Source: Candidatus Hadarchaeum sp.
GTDB taxonomy: Archaea > Hadarchaeota > Hadarchaeia > Hadarchaeales > Hadarchaeaceae
Length of the DNA stretch: 64,000 nucleotides
Reading direction: 5' to 3'
Assembly: GCF_038871235.1 (NCBI RefSeq)
Contig: NZ_JAVZIN010000008.1
Coordinates: forward strand, 11,369-75,368
The notes below the pieces were generated by a model. That model ran no database searches. It was not told the DNA's origin and was given only the letters and a program-made list of their open reading frames with translations. The first letter of the stretch is position 1. The number at the start of each line of letters is the position of its first letter. The position numbers and the translations under genes were made by a program. Shown here one piece after another: positions 28,523 to 37,310 of this stretch.

Positions 28523-31192
28523 CTAGGCCATGCTATATGCTTGTTTCTCAGGCTCCTTTGACTTCAGCGCGGCGTGGGCAGCTGCCAGCCTAGCCACTGG
28601 TATTCTAAAGGGAGAACAGGAGACATAGTTCAACCCCAGCTCGTGACAGAATTCTATCGATTGGGGGTCACCGCCATGCTCTCCGCAGATTCCTATTTCA
28701 AGGTCAGGTCTCTTGCTTCTGCCCAAATCCACCGCTATCTTCATGAGCTTCCCCACGCCTTTTTGATCCAGCTTCTGGAAGGGATCAGCTTCCAAAATCC
28801 CCCGCTCGATATACTGGAAAAGGAACCGACCTTCAGCATCATCCCTAGAATAAGCAAAAACCATCTGGGTCAAATCGTTTGTTCCGAAGGAGAAGAATTC
28901 AGCGTACTCTGCGATCTCGTCAGCAGTAAGTGCCGCACGAGGAACTTCTATCATAGTACCAAACTTGTATTTCAGATCCACTCCGTGCTTTTGCATCACT
29001 TCATGCGCAACTTTCTCCAGCTGCTCCCTAACGACTTTCAGCTCGTTAACATGACCAACCAGCGGAATCATTATCTCTGGCCTTGGATCCTTACCCTCCC
29101 GCTTCAGTTCACAGGCCGCCTCAAAAATTGCCCTGACCTGCATCTCATTGATATCAGGATAGGTTATGCCAAGCCTGCAGCCGCGAAGGCCCATCATAGG
29201 ATTGGCCTCGCGCATGTTTTCGACCCTCTTCAACATTTCTTCTTTTTTCTTGAGTCCATCGGGATCGGTGCCTTTAAGCCTGAGCTCGATAACCTCCTCC
29301 AGCAATTTTTCATACTTAGGTAAAAACTCGTGAAGCGGTGGGTCCAGCAATCTTATTATCACGGGAAGACCGTCCATGACCTCAAGTATTTCCTTAAAGT
29401 CATTCTTCTGAATCTGGAGAAGTTTTTCGAGTGGCTTCTTCCTTTCCTCAACAGTTTTTCCCAAGATCATTTCATGCACGAGGGGCAGCCTGTCCTCTTC
29501 AAAAAACATGTGTTCGGTGCGGCAGAGACCTATTCCTTGAGCTCCAAGTTCTCTGGCCTTTTTAGCGTCCCTCGGGTAGTCCGCATTGGCCCAGTTCTGA
29601 AGCTTTTTCACCTCATCGGCAAAGGAGAGAATAGTCAAAAGCTCGGGTGACATCCTCGGCTCAATCAGGGGGGCCTCACCGAGGATAACCTCCCCAGTGG
29701 TCCCGTTTATCGTTATCAGATCTCCTTCTTTAACAGCGATCCCATCTACCTCAAAACGGCGGGCCTCAGCATCTATTTTTATGGCCTCACAGCCCACGAC
29801 CGCCGGCTTCCCCAGTCCTCTTGTCACAACGGCCGCATGGCTAGTGACCCCACCTCTGGATGTCAAAACACCCTGTGAAGCAATTATGCCGCCAACATCA
29901 TCGGGGCTTGTTTCCGGGCGCACCAAAATAACCTTTTCACCAGCTTTGCCCATTTCCTTGGCCCGCTCAGAATCGAACACCACCTTACCCACCGCTGCCC
30001 CTGGGCTGGCATTTAAACCCTTCGCTATAACCGTAACTTTGGCCTTGGGATCAACCTGCTTGTGGAGAAGCTGTTCAACGTGGGCGGGTTCGATACGCAA
30101 CAGTGCCTCCTCTTTTCTAATCAGACCCTCGACCACCATGTCAACCGCTATCTTGACCGCAGCCTGAGCGGTTCTTTTGCCGGCTCTCGTCTGGAGCATG
30201 TAAAGCTTGCCCCGCTCCACGGTGAACTCAATGTCCTGCATATCCCGGTAGTGGCGCTCCAGTTTCTCCGCTATCTCCACCAGCCTGTTGTAAATCCAAG
30301 GATATCTCCGGTTCAAATCCTCTATCTTGAGCGGAGTTCTGATGCCGGCGACCACGTCTTCGCCCTGCGCGTTGAAGAGGAACTCGCCAAAAAGCTTGTG
30401 CTCACCGGTTGATGGATCACGCGTGAAGGCCACACCAGTTCCTGAGTCCTCCCCGATGTTACCAAAGACCATCGTTACAACATTAACCGCGGTTCCGAGA
30501 TAATCTGGAATCTTGTAAAATCTCCGATACTCAACGGCGCGCTTGTTTTGCCATGAAGCAAAAACCGCCCCGATGGCCAGCTCAAGCTGTGTGTAAGGAT
30601 CAACTGGAAAATCTCGATGTGTTTCCTTTCTTACTAACTCTTTAAACTTGCTAACAATTTCTTTGAGGTCGCTGGCTTTTAAATCAGTATCAAACTTAGC
30701 CCCTACCCTTTCCTTCTGCCTCTCAAAAATTTCCTCAAATTTCTTACCATCAACACCCAAGACTATCTTTCCAAACATCTGGATGAAACGACGATAAGCA
30801 TCATAGGCAAATCTCTCATTGTTCGTAAGCCTGGCCAAGCCCTCAACGGTTTCATCATTCAAACCGAGATTAAGTATTGTATCCATCATGCCTGGCATTG
30901 AATACATGGATCCAGACCGCACGGAAACCAGCAATGGATTCTTGGGGTCACCAAAACCCTTGCCAGTTATCTTTTCAAGCTTTTTCATTGCCTGCACGAC
31001 TTCTTCCATTAGACCGTTCGGAAGCCTTCCTCCGGCTTCATAGTACTCCCGGCAAACTTCGGTGGTAATCACAAAACCCGGAGGAACCGGCAATCCCAGC
31101 TGGGCCATCGTGCACAGCCCTGCTCCTTTGCCCCCCAACAGCCTCTTGTTGTTGCCGTCGCCCTCATCAAAGAAATAAAGTCTTTTTGGCAT
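28523..31192 (-). CDS. ppdK: Pyruvate, phosphate dikinase
   Basis: LLGGKGAGL, VSVRSG, QGEDVVAG, GGVTSHAAV (phospho-His), GLCRTEHMF, FSFGTNDLTQ and GICGEHGG. ATG 31192 (MPKRLYFF) is the likely start. Confidence 0.97.
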   Translation of the reverse strand: MPKRLYFFDEGDGNNKRLLGGKGAGLCTMAQLGLPVPPGFVITTEVCREYYEAGGRLPNGLMEEVVQAMKKLEKITGKGFGDPKNPLLVSVRSGSMYSMPGMMDTILNLGLNDETVEGLARLTNNERFAYDAYRRFIQMFGKIVLGVDGKKFEEIFERQKERVGAKFDTDLKASDLKEIVSKFKELVRKETHRDFPVDPYTQLELAIGAVFASWQNKRAVEYRRFYKIPDYLGTAVNVVTMVFGNIGEDSGTGVAFTRDPSTGEHKLFGEFLFNAQGEDVVAGIRTPLKIEDLNRRYPWIYNRLVEIAEKLERHYRDMQDIEFTVERGKLYMLQTRAGKRTAQAAVKIAVDMVVEGLIRKEEALLRIEPAHVEQLLHKQVDPKAKVTVIAKGLNASPGAAVGKVVFDSERAKEMGKAGEKVILVRPETSPDDVGGIIASQGVLTSRGGVTSHAAVVTRGLGKPAVVGCEAIKIDAEARRFEVDGIAVKEGDLITINGTTGEVILGEAPLIEPRMSPELLTILSFADEVKKLQNWANADYPRDAKKARELGAQGIGLCRTEHMFFEEDRLPLVHEMILGKTVEERKKPLEKLLQIQKNDFKEILEVMDGLPVIIRLLDPPLHEFLPKYEKLLEEVIELRLKGTDPDGLKKKEEMLKRVENMREANPMMGLRGCRLGITYPDINEMQVRAIFEAACELKREGKDPRPEIMIPLVGHVNELKVVREQLEKVAHEVMQKHGVDLKYKFGTMIEVPRAALTADEIAEYAEFFSFGTNDLTQMVFAYSRDDAEGRFLFQYIERGILEADPFQKLDQKGVGKLMKIAVDLGRSKRPDLEIGICGEHGGDPQSIEFCHELGLNYVSCSPFRIPVARLAAAHAALKSKEPEKQAYSMA

Positions 31193-31272
31193 GCCATCCC
31201 TCAAGAGGTTTACCGTGGTATCAGACTTAAAAATCTTTGCCCCTATAAGGTTAAACGCAGTCGGGAGGATTC

Positions 31273-32160
31273 GTGAGCAAGATGTCATTCGAAGATTTAA
31301 TCCCAGTGAAACCTGGCTTTGGTGGTTTCGATTTCCCCTATGAAAAATCCCAAATCGTTTTCTTGGGCGCACCTGTAGATGTCACCTCCAGCTACCGTCC
31401 CGGCTACAAATTCGCCCCTGCAAAAATAAGGGAAGCCTCAGCGAACCTTGAAACCTATATAATGTCAGCTGGCGTTGACGTTTTCGAAAAGATCAACATC
31501 ACCGATATTGGAGATATAATAGTCACGCCTGCGGACCTTGAACTAACCGGGCGTAGAATTACCAACGTCGTTGAGAAAATTCTGACGGATGGCAAGATTC
31601 CGGCGATTATGGGTGGGGAACACACAATTTCCTACTTCACCTTAAAAGCTTTTGAGGATGTATTCGTGATCCAGCTTGACGCTCACCGAGACCTCCGTGA
31701 CAATTACTTAGGTGACAGGCTCTGCCACGCCACAGTTATGCGCCGAGTTCTTGACTTACTACCCGCTGACCGGTTGATACAACTTGGGATAAGATCCTGC
31801 TCGAAGGATGAAGCTGAATTTGCTAGAGAAGCCGGAATATTGGCCTATTCGACGGAGCAAATAAACAAGGGGCTTGTAAAAATTACTTCTCAAGTAAAAG
31901 AAATCGTGGGGAGCTCAAAGGTTTATCTTTCAATCGACCTCGATGTTCTGGATCCCGCTTTTGCCCCGGGAGTTTCAACCCCTGAACCTGGTGGCCTGTC
32001 CACGATCGAGCTCCTCCGGATTCTACGGGAAATTGGTAAGTTAAACTTATCAGGATTTGATGTTGTCGAGCTGGTCCCGCCTCACGATGACGGAACCACT
32101 TCGTTCGTGGCGGCGAGAATAATCTACGAGTTGCTGGCTACACTAGGATCTCAAAGATGA
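31273..32160 (+). CDS. speB: Agmatinase (ureohydrolase family)
   Basis: GGEHT, DAHRD, CHAT and SIDLDVLDPAFAPGVSTPEPGG motifs. Confidence 0.92.
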   Translation: MSKMSFEDLIPVKPGFGGFDFPYEKSQIVFLGAPVDVTSSYRPGYKFAPAKIREASANLETYIMSAGVDVFEKINITDIGDIIVTPADLELTGRRITNVVEKILTDGKIPAIMGGEHTISYFTLKAFEDVFVIQLDAHRDLRDNYLGDRLCHATVMRRVLDLLPADRLIQLGIRSCSKDEAEFAREAGILAYSTEQINKGLVKITSQVKEIVGSSKVYLSIDLDVLDPAFAPGVSTPEPGGLSTIELLRILREIGKLNLSGFDVVELVPPHDDGTTSFVAARIIYELLATLGSQR

Positions 32161-32164
32161 GAGC

Positions 32165-32683
32165 TCACTGCAGATATTCCTGGCCCTTTTCAACAATTAT
32201 CTTTGTCTTAAAAGGAATTTTCAAGTTAGCCCTGTGTAGAGCCTCCTTAGCTACCCTAGCGAACTCCCTCTTGCAGCTCACCGTCATCAATTTCTGCCCC
32301 ACGCTGACTCGAGCGGCGGCCCCTATCGGCTTTCCGAAGGCCCGTCTCATCCCGTCTGAAACCCGGTCCGCACCAGCACCCATGACGATCGGATTCTCAC
32401 GAAGAACTTGATGAGGGTAAACTCTGAGCTTCAGATGATAATTTTCTTTACCGGCCTTTTGCTCCAGCAAACGGTTGGCCGCAACCCTTGCCGCCTCAAG
32501 GCTATTATGCCTTATTTGGCCGGCTTCGGCTAAAACCATCGACATCACCACATCAAATTCTCCTTTTGGGTTGCCCATGTCAAAGAAAGTCACCCGTACC
32601 GGAGGGACGCCCTTAACGAACTCGCGTCTAGTGTAGGCTGGACCGCTGAATTTTCTGTAGCTCCTACCCGGTCTCAATGGCAT
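32165..32683 (-). CDS. rpl10e: 50S ribosomal protein L10e (uL16)
   Basis: [35 protein letters not shown] and [18 protein letters not shown]; ATG at 32683. Confidence 0.97.
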   Translation of the reverse strand: MPLRPGRSYRKFSGPAYTRREFVKGVPPVRVTFFDMGNPKGEFDVVMSMVLAEAGQIRHNSLEAARVAANRLLEQKAGKENYHLKLRVYPHQVLRENPIVMGAGADRVSDGMRRAFGKPIGAAARVSVGQKLMTVSCKREFARVAKEALHRANLKIPFKTKIIVEKGQEYLQ

Positions 32684-32788
32684 TTTTACCCCTCCCCAAA
32701 CCAATAATTTTCTCGTACTTAATAGAGTTGCCGCTTTCAAAAGTTGTCTTACTGTATATATAATCCTTTACGAAAACGAACAAGACAA

Positions 32789-33940
32789 TTAGATATGTAA
32801 CTCGACGACGTCCCTGTCTTCCAGCACGTAGTCCCGCGTGACCTGTTGACCTGGGAATCTGGTCGAACCCCAAACCCGCGCGAACTTCAGCTCCTTGGCA
32901 AAATCCTTATGGACTGAGCGGGCCACGTCCATGACTGTGGAGCCCCGAGGCAAAACTAAAGGGCGTCCCGCTGGCTTCTCGTCTGGTTTCTTGGTGTAGA
33001 CGCGAATCAAGTCGAGCTGCTGGTAAATCCTTCTCTTCAGGTCATCTGGTTTTTCGCCCGTATGCAGCACTTCAAGCAGCCCCCCGAACTCCCGCCTAAT
33101 CACTTCCAACTTTTCGGCGGCGTTAGGTGTGTCAAATTTAGTCAACAAAATAAAGCCTCTAGGGTAAACATTCGACTCGGAAAGGGCTTCCTCAAAGTCC
33201 TCAGGGGTGATGGGTTCTTCAATCACAACGAAAGCATTGTGGATGCGGTGCTCCTGTAGAATTCGCTTTATTTCTACCTCCCCGCCCTCAACCAGTTTCG
33301 CCCCTTTTATTTCGATGCCACCACTGGAGCGTTTTTCGATGCTGACCTTTGGTGGCCTGCAATTCAGCTTGACGCCTACGGCCTCCAGCTCGTTAAGCAA
33401 AATTCTGATTTGGTTGACTGGTTCATCGGAAGCATCGACGACAAGCGCGATGGCGTCGGCGTTACGAGCCACGCTCAGTGGGCGAGCGCCGAGACCTCGA
33501 CCATAGCTTGAACCCTCAACTATGGCGGGCACCTCGACTAACTGTACTTGCACGTCCTCAAACTGCATCATGCCTGGAACAGGACATCTAGTCGTGAACG
33601 GATAATCGGCAACCTCGACGCGAGCGCTGGTAAGGTCCCGCAGAATTTTTGACTTGCCTGAGTTTGGTAGGCCCACTAGAGCCACCTGCGCTGCTCCCTC
33701 CTTCTTAACTGAAAAGCTGGGCCCACCACCTCGACCAATTTTTTTCTCGCGCTTCTCTTCCAATTCCAACCGCAATTTTGCCAGACGGTGCTTAAGCGTC
33801 TTTAACAGCTTCTCCGAACCCTTATGCTTCGGCGCTACTCGGATCATTTCCTCTGTGGCTTTGATCTTTTCCTCCAGCGTTCTGGCCTGAAGATAGCGCT
33901 CCTCCGCTTTTTTATATTCGGGAGTAACATTGGCCGGCAA
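32789..33940 (-). CDS. DRG/OBG-family GTPase with TGS domain
   Basis: PANVTPEY, PKHKGSEKL, GLPNSGKS, DYPFTT and C-terminal TGS (VHKDF...ARVWG...LEDRDVVELH); TTG start at 33940 likely. Confidence 0.92.
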   Translation of the reverse strand: MPANVTPEYKKAEERYLQARTLEEKIKATEEMIRVAPKHKGSEKLLKTLKHRLAKLRLELEEKREKKIGRGGGPSFSVKKEGAAQVALVGLPNSGKSKILRDLTSARVEVADYPFTTRCPVPGMMQFEDVQVQLVEVPAIVEGSSYGRGLGARPLSVARNADAIALVVDASDEPVNQIRILLNELEAVGVKLNCRPPKVSIEKRSSGGIEIKGAKLVEGGEVEIKRILQEHRIHNAFVVIEEPITPEDFEEALSESNVYPRGFILLTKFDTPNAAEKLEVIRREFGGLLEVLHTGEKPDDLKRRIYQQLDLIRVYTKKPDEKPAGRPLVLPRGSTVMDVARSVHKDFAKELKFARVWGSTRFPGQQVTRDYVLEDRDVVELHI

Positions 33941-34053
33941 GATGATCAATGAAAATTTAATCTTTCATAGACAAAAATTTGCCGAAACGGTTTAAGCTAA
34001 CTTTTACCTAAATATTGGAAGTCTAATTCCTAAACTGGAAATATCTCCATTTT

Positions 34054-34071
34054 GCAAAAAATCCTTAAATA
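34054..34071 (+). promoter_or_regulatory. BRE-TATA promoter of the candidate ncRNA
   Basis: GCAAAAAA followed by CTTAAATA (34064-34071), placing the start site at about 34095, where the GC-rich helix begins. Confidence 0.65.
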
Positions 34072-34094
34072 AAAACAAACTCTAATCTTAACTT

Positions 34095-34325
34095 GGCGGG
34101 GATGGTAGCCCGCAGAAGAGGTCGAACCGGAGCCTACGGGCAACGGGGATCCGTGCAAAAACCCGGGCTAAAAACCGGGGAAGGGCGCGGATAATTCCTG
34201 TGGAAGAACAGGATGGGACAAACGCTGCGGGAAGAAGACCCTGACGAGAAAAAATGGCGAGCAAGCGAGGTGGTCGAGGTTCGCGAGCTCGTTAGGAGAG
34301 TATTGGAGGGGTCGAAATCCCCGCC
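34095..34325 (+). ncRNA. Candidate structured non-coding RNA (~231 nt), family unassigned
   Basis: Terminal helix GGCGGGGAT/ATCCCCGCC. Nested helices CCCGCAG/CTGCGGG, ATCCGTGC/GCGCGGAT, CCCGG/CCGGG, TCCTGT/ACAGGA, CCTGACGAG/CTCGTTAGG and GCGAGC/GTTCGC with A/G-rich linkers. Promoter upstream, T7 tract downstream, no ORF of 60 aa or more. Confidence 0.75.
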
Positions 34326-34327
34326 GC

Positions 34328-34334
34328 TTTTTTT
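34328..34334 (+). terminator. Oligo-T terminator of the candidate ncRNA
   Basis: TTTTTTT begins 2 nt after the 3' strand of the closing helix. Confidence 0.65.
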
Positions 34335-34337
34335 AGG

Positions 34338-35513
34338 TTAAGTGAGAAACTTGAAATATTTCAATGCTCTTCTAATCCCGATGGATTTCAAGAGTTCTGG
34401 CGCCTTTGCAACCAGCGCAATGATTAACTTTTCGTGATGGTCAAAATCAAAATTTTTCAACACCGTCTCTCTGACTTCCTCATCCATCAAAAAGGTGGAT
34501 AAAAAATTAAGATCCTCATTTGACATCTGATCAAACAATTTCTTGATCTGGATGCCAACGCTGAACTCCGTGCCGAACTTTTTCATGACCGCTTCCTGGT
34601 AACACTCAAGTTCTTCCATTCTGCCGCTTTCGAGAGCGTTTATCACGGCCTCGGCCGCAAGTTTGGCACAGGACAAACCGATGTAAATGCCTCCGCCAGT
34701 GAGCGGCTTAACCTGCCCGGCGGCATCCCCAACTAGAAGCACCGCTCCCTTTTGAATCTTACGGGACATACATTTCGGGATCACACCCGTGCATCGGCTG
34801 AAGATAGTTTTACCAACCTTTTTGGAAGCTACTGGGTGCTCGGAAAGAAATTTTTTAAACAATCGAGTTGGATTGCCACTCTTAGCGCCTAGGCCCACTC
34901 TGGCAACCCTGCCGGCTTTAACCATCCAACTAAAGAATCCTGGTGAAAAATTGTTATCTAGATAAATTTCAGCGACGCCGTTATCTAGGTCCGCCTCCGC
35001 CTCTACCTGTGCACATTTGATGTACTCATTGCTGACCAAAAGACCTGACTTGCGAGCAACAACGGAAAGTGGACCATCAGCTCCAATCACAACCCGAGCT
35101 TTTAACTTATCCACATCTTGGGTTTTTACCATTGGCCCATCATTGAACGCAATATCAACACACCTTTTGTTCAAAACTAGGTCCGCGCCGGCCTTGACCG
35201 CGGCATCGGCTAGCGAACGGTCAAATTTCACCCGGTCTATCACCAACGCCTCAACTTTCCCTCTTGTCAATTCAATGGGGACATTAGAAGGGGGATAAAT
35301 CTTGGCTCTTCTTAACTTGCCCAACACCCATTTTCCGGGTTTGATACCGAGCTCTCCAAGGCCACTCGCGCCCACTATGCCAGTACAGCAAGCGGGTTTG
35401 CCCACCTCGGAGTGCTCCTCGACTATCGCCACCCTGAGCCCGCGCGCTGCCAAGATTTTCCCGGCAAAACACCCCGCCGGCCCTGCGCCAACAATTAGGA
35501 CGTCAGTTTCCAT
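34338..35513 (-). CDS. Geranylgeranyl reductase family flavoprotein (DGGGPL reductase-like)
   Basis: GAGPAG, PACCTG, IGADG, PGFFSW and VGDAAGQVKPLTGGGI motifs. Confidence 0.9.
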   Translation of the reverse strand: METDVLIVGAGPAGCFAGKILAARGLRVAIVEEHSEVGKPACCTGIVGASGLGELGIKPGKWVLGKLRRAKIYPPSNVPIELTRGKVEALVIDRVKFDRSLADAAVKAGADLVLNKRCVDIAFNDGPMVKTQDVDKLKARVVIGADGPLSVVARKSGLLVSNEYIKCAQVEAEADLDNGVAEIYLDNNFSPGFFSWMVKAGRVARVGLGAKSGNPTRLFKKFLSEHPVASKKVGKTIFSRCTGVIPKCMSRKIQKGAVLLVGDAAGQVKPLTGGGIYIGLSCAKLAAEAVINALESGRMEELECYQEAVMKKFGTEFSVGIQIKKLFDQMSNEDLNFLSTFLMDEEVRETVLKNFDFDHHEKLIIALVAKAPELLKSIGIRRALKYFKFLT

Positions 35514-35568
35514 TTGGTTACCTCATCATTTTTTAGGTTACAATTAGATAACGCTAACGAGTGGTGCC

Positions 35569-35946
35569 ATGCTGGAAGCGGTTGGTTATGTCATTCTTGG
35601 TGTTTTCTTGGTGCTGTTGCCCGGTTTCCTGTTTTCAATAGTGCTTTACCCAAAAAGGGAACACCTCGATTTCTGGTCCCGAGTGGGCACTAGCTTGGGT
35701 TTAGGCGCCATGATGGGGGCTTTATTGGGTTATGTAATCTCAATACCCGGTCTAAGCACCCTTTCACTCGAGTCTTTCACGCTGGCGACCTTGATAGTCT
35801 CCATCATCTTAGCAATTGCGGCCTTTCTGCGCGGAGGTTTTGACGTCCTCTCTTGGTATAAAAATCAAATTCTCTGCAGATTCCGTAAACCGAAAAAAGA
35901 AACAGACTTACAAAGCAGCATCCGTGGAGAGTCGACCACTGGTTGA
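35569..35946 (+). CDS. Small membrane protein (DUF1616 N-terminal-like)
   Basis: LLPGF...LYP...LDFWSR..SLGLG pattern with three TM segments. Confidence 0.65.
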   Translation: MLEAVGYVILGVFLVLLPGFLFSIVLYPKREHLDFWSRVGTSLGLGAMMGALLGYVISIPGLSTLSLESFTLATLIVSIILAIAAFLRGGFDVLSWYKNQILCRFRKPKKETDLQSSIRGESTTG

Positions 35947-35957
35947 AGGTGGCTTGG

Positions 35958-36314
35958 ATGTTTAAGTATAAACAGGTGATCGTGGTGAGGATCGACATAG
36001 AAATGAGTCCTGGAAAGCTAGCCGCCCAAGTTGCCCACGGTTCGGTCGGGGCTGCCGAAGAAACCAGAAAAAAACACAGGGGATGGTTCCATAACTGGTT
36101 CTCTGAGGGGCAAAAGAAAGTTGTTGTGAAGGTGGGGGGTGAAAGTGAACTTCGAGAGCTAAAGAAAAAAGCCGACAAACTTGGCCTACCAAACATGCTT
36201 GTCGTGGACGCTGGACTGACGGAGCTTGCTCCTGGAACTGTCACCGCTCTAGGAATTGGACCAGCACCCAATGAAATTTTGGATCAGATCACAGGAAATC
36301 TTCCACTGCTTTAG
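35958..36314 (+). CDS. pth2: Peptidyl-tRNA hydrolase, Pth2 type
   Basis: KQVIVVRID, GKLAAQVAHG, GQKKVV, DAGLTEL and GIGP...ITGNLPLL motifs. Confidence 0.96.
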   Translation: MFKYKQVIVVRIDIEMSPGKLAAQVAHGSVGAAEETRKKHRGWFHNWFSEGQKKVVVKVGGESELRELKKKADKLGLPNMLVVDAGLTELAPGTVTALGIGPAPNEILDQITGNLPLL

Positions 36315-37307
36315 GTGATTGGGGTGAAGCTCAAAGAAGTTGGCGAAAAGGTCCTCGTCGAAACCGCGAGGAAGACGTTCAGAAAGGGAAAATCAATCAG
36401 AATCGGCATAGGTGACGACGCGGCAGCCGTAGATTTGCCCGGTAAAAAATGCTTAGTGGTTACGACTGATATGCTGGTGGCTAGCACTCATTTTCCTGCG
36501 GGGATGAAACCTGAACAAATAGGGATAAAGTCCGTTGTGGTTAACCTCAGTGACTTGGCCTCAATGGGTGCCGAGCCGCTAGGCCTCGCTTTCTCCGTGG
36601 CTTTGCCCAGAGAACTCGAATTTGGATATGTTAAGAGAATTATGCGAGGAATGGAATCTGCGGCGAAAGAATATGGGACATACGTTGTGGGGGGTGATCT
36701 CGATGAAGCCGAAGAAATCACTATCGCCGGTTCGGCCTTTGGTCTTGCCGACAAAAACAAACTCCTCAGAAGATCGGGGGTAAGAAAAGGAGATATTTTG
36801 GCAGTTACGGGGGAGCTTGGTGCTGCCTCTGCCGGGCTAAAAATAATCATGGAAAAAATTCCTGCTAAGGGTTATGGGGAACTTGTAAAAGCACAGCTAG
36901 AGCCGAAGGCTCGGGTGATGGAAGGGATGGCGCTGGCCAGAAGTGGTCACGTCAAAGCAGCTATAGATGTGTCTGATGGTCTTGCCGCCAACCTCTGGCA
37001 CTTGTCTAGGGAAAGTGGTGTCAAAATTATTATAGACAGAGAAAAAATACCAGTTCATCGTTTGGTCAAAAAATTCTCCGCACAATATGGTTATGATATC
37101 GACGAGTTCGCGCTTTATAGTGGTGAGGACTTTGAGTTGATCTTTGCAACCCAACCGAGATTCTGGGAAAGTGTTAAGTCCGCCCTCAAACGTACTGGAA
37201 CAAAAGCCACACCAATTGGCATGGCGGTCGAAGGAAGCGGAGTGTTCATCAAAATTGGAGAAAAAATAGATGAACTGGAAGACAGGGGCTACGAACACTT
37301 TAAATAG
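36315..37307 (+). CDS. thiL: Thiamine-monophosphate kinase
   Basis: GIGDDAA, TTDML, NLSDLASMGAEP, GGD, IDVSDGL and GEDFEL motifs. Confidence 0.94.
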   Translation: MIGVKLKEVGEKVLVETARKTFRKGKSIRIGIGDDAAAVDLPGKKCLVVTTDMLVASTHFPAGMKPEQIGIKSVVVNLSDLASMGAEPLGLAFSVALPRELEFGYVKRIMRGMESAAKEYGTYVVGGDLDEAEEITIAGSAFGLADKNKLLRRSGVRKGDILAVTGELGAASAGLKIIMEKIPAKGYGELVKAQLEPKARVMEGMALARSGHVKAAIDVSDGLAANLWHLSRESGVKIIIDREKIPVHRLVKKFSAQYGYDIDEFALYSGEDFELIFATQPRFWESVKSALKRTGTKATPIGMAVEGSGVFIKIGEKIDELEDRGYEHFK

Positions 37308-37310
37308 GCA

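Noticed and set aside
28574-30412. Several long + strand ORFs (249, 106, 156 and 116 aa)
   Set aside because: Antisense shadows of ppdK.
31193-31372. 60-aa N-terminal extension of PpdK in the ORF track
   Set aside because: It overlaps the divergent speB start and promoter region; family homology begins at MPKRLYFF (ATG 31192).
34241-34317. Hammerhead-like CTGACGA ... GAAA in the candidate RNA
   Set aside because: CTGACGAG is itself paired in a 9-bp helix, and I could not build stems I and III around a cleavage triplet.
24750-34327. Similarity between the tRNA-Leu 3' end (GGGGTTCAAATCCCC) and 34308-34322 as possible attL/attR of an integrated element
   Set aside because: The match is short and imperfect, no integrase is present, and the enclosed DNA includes core genes (rpl10e, speB, drg).
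34102-34341. Short ORFs inside the candidate RNA: 34102-34194 (30 aa), 34213-34341 (42 aa, MGQTLREEDPDEKKW...) and 34254-34295 (MASKRGGRGSRAR)
   Set aside because: None spans the promoter-to-terminator unit. The 42-aa ORF runs through the T7 terminator into the convergent gene's stop, and stop-poor frames are expected in a purine/GC-rich sequence. The nested helices explain the region better, though a peptide cannot be fully excluded.
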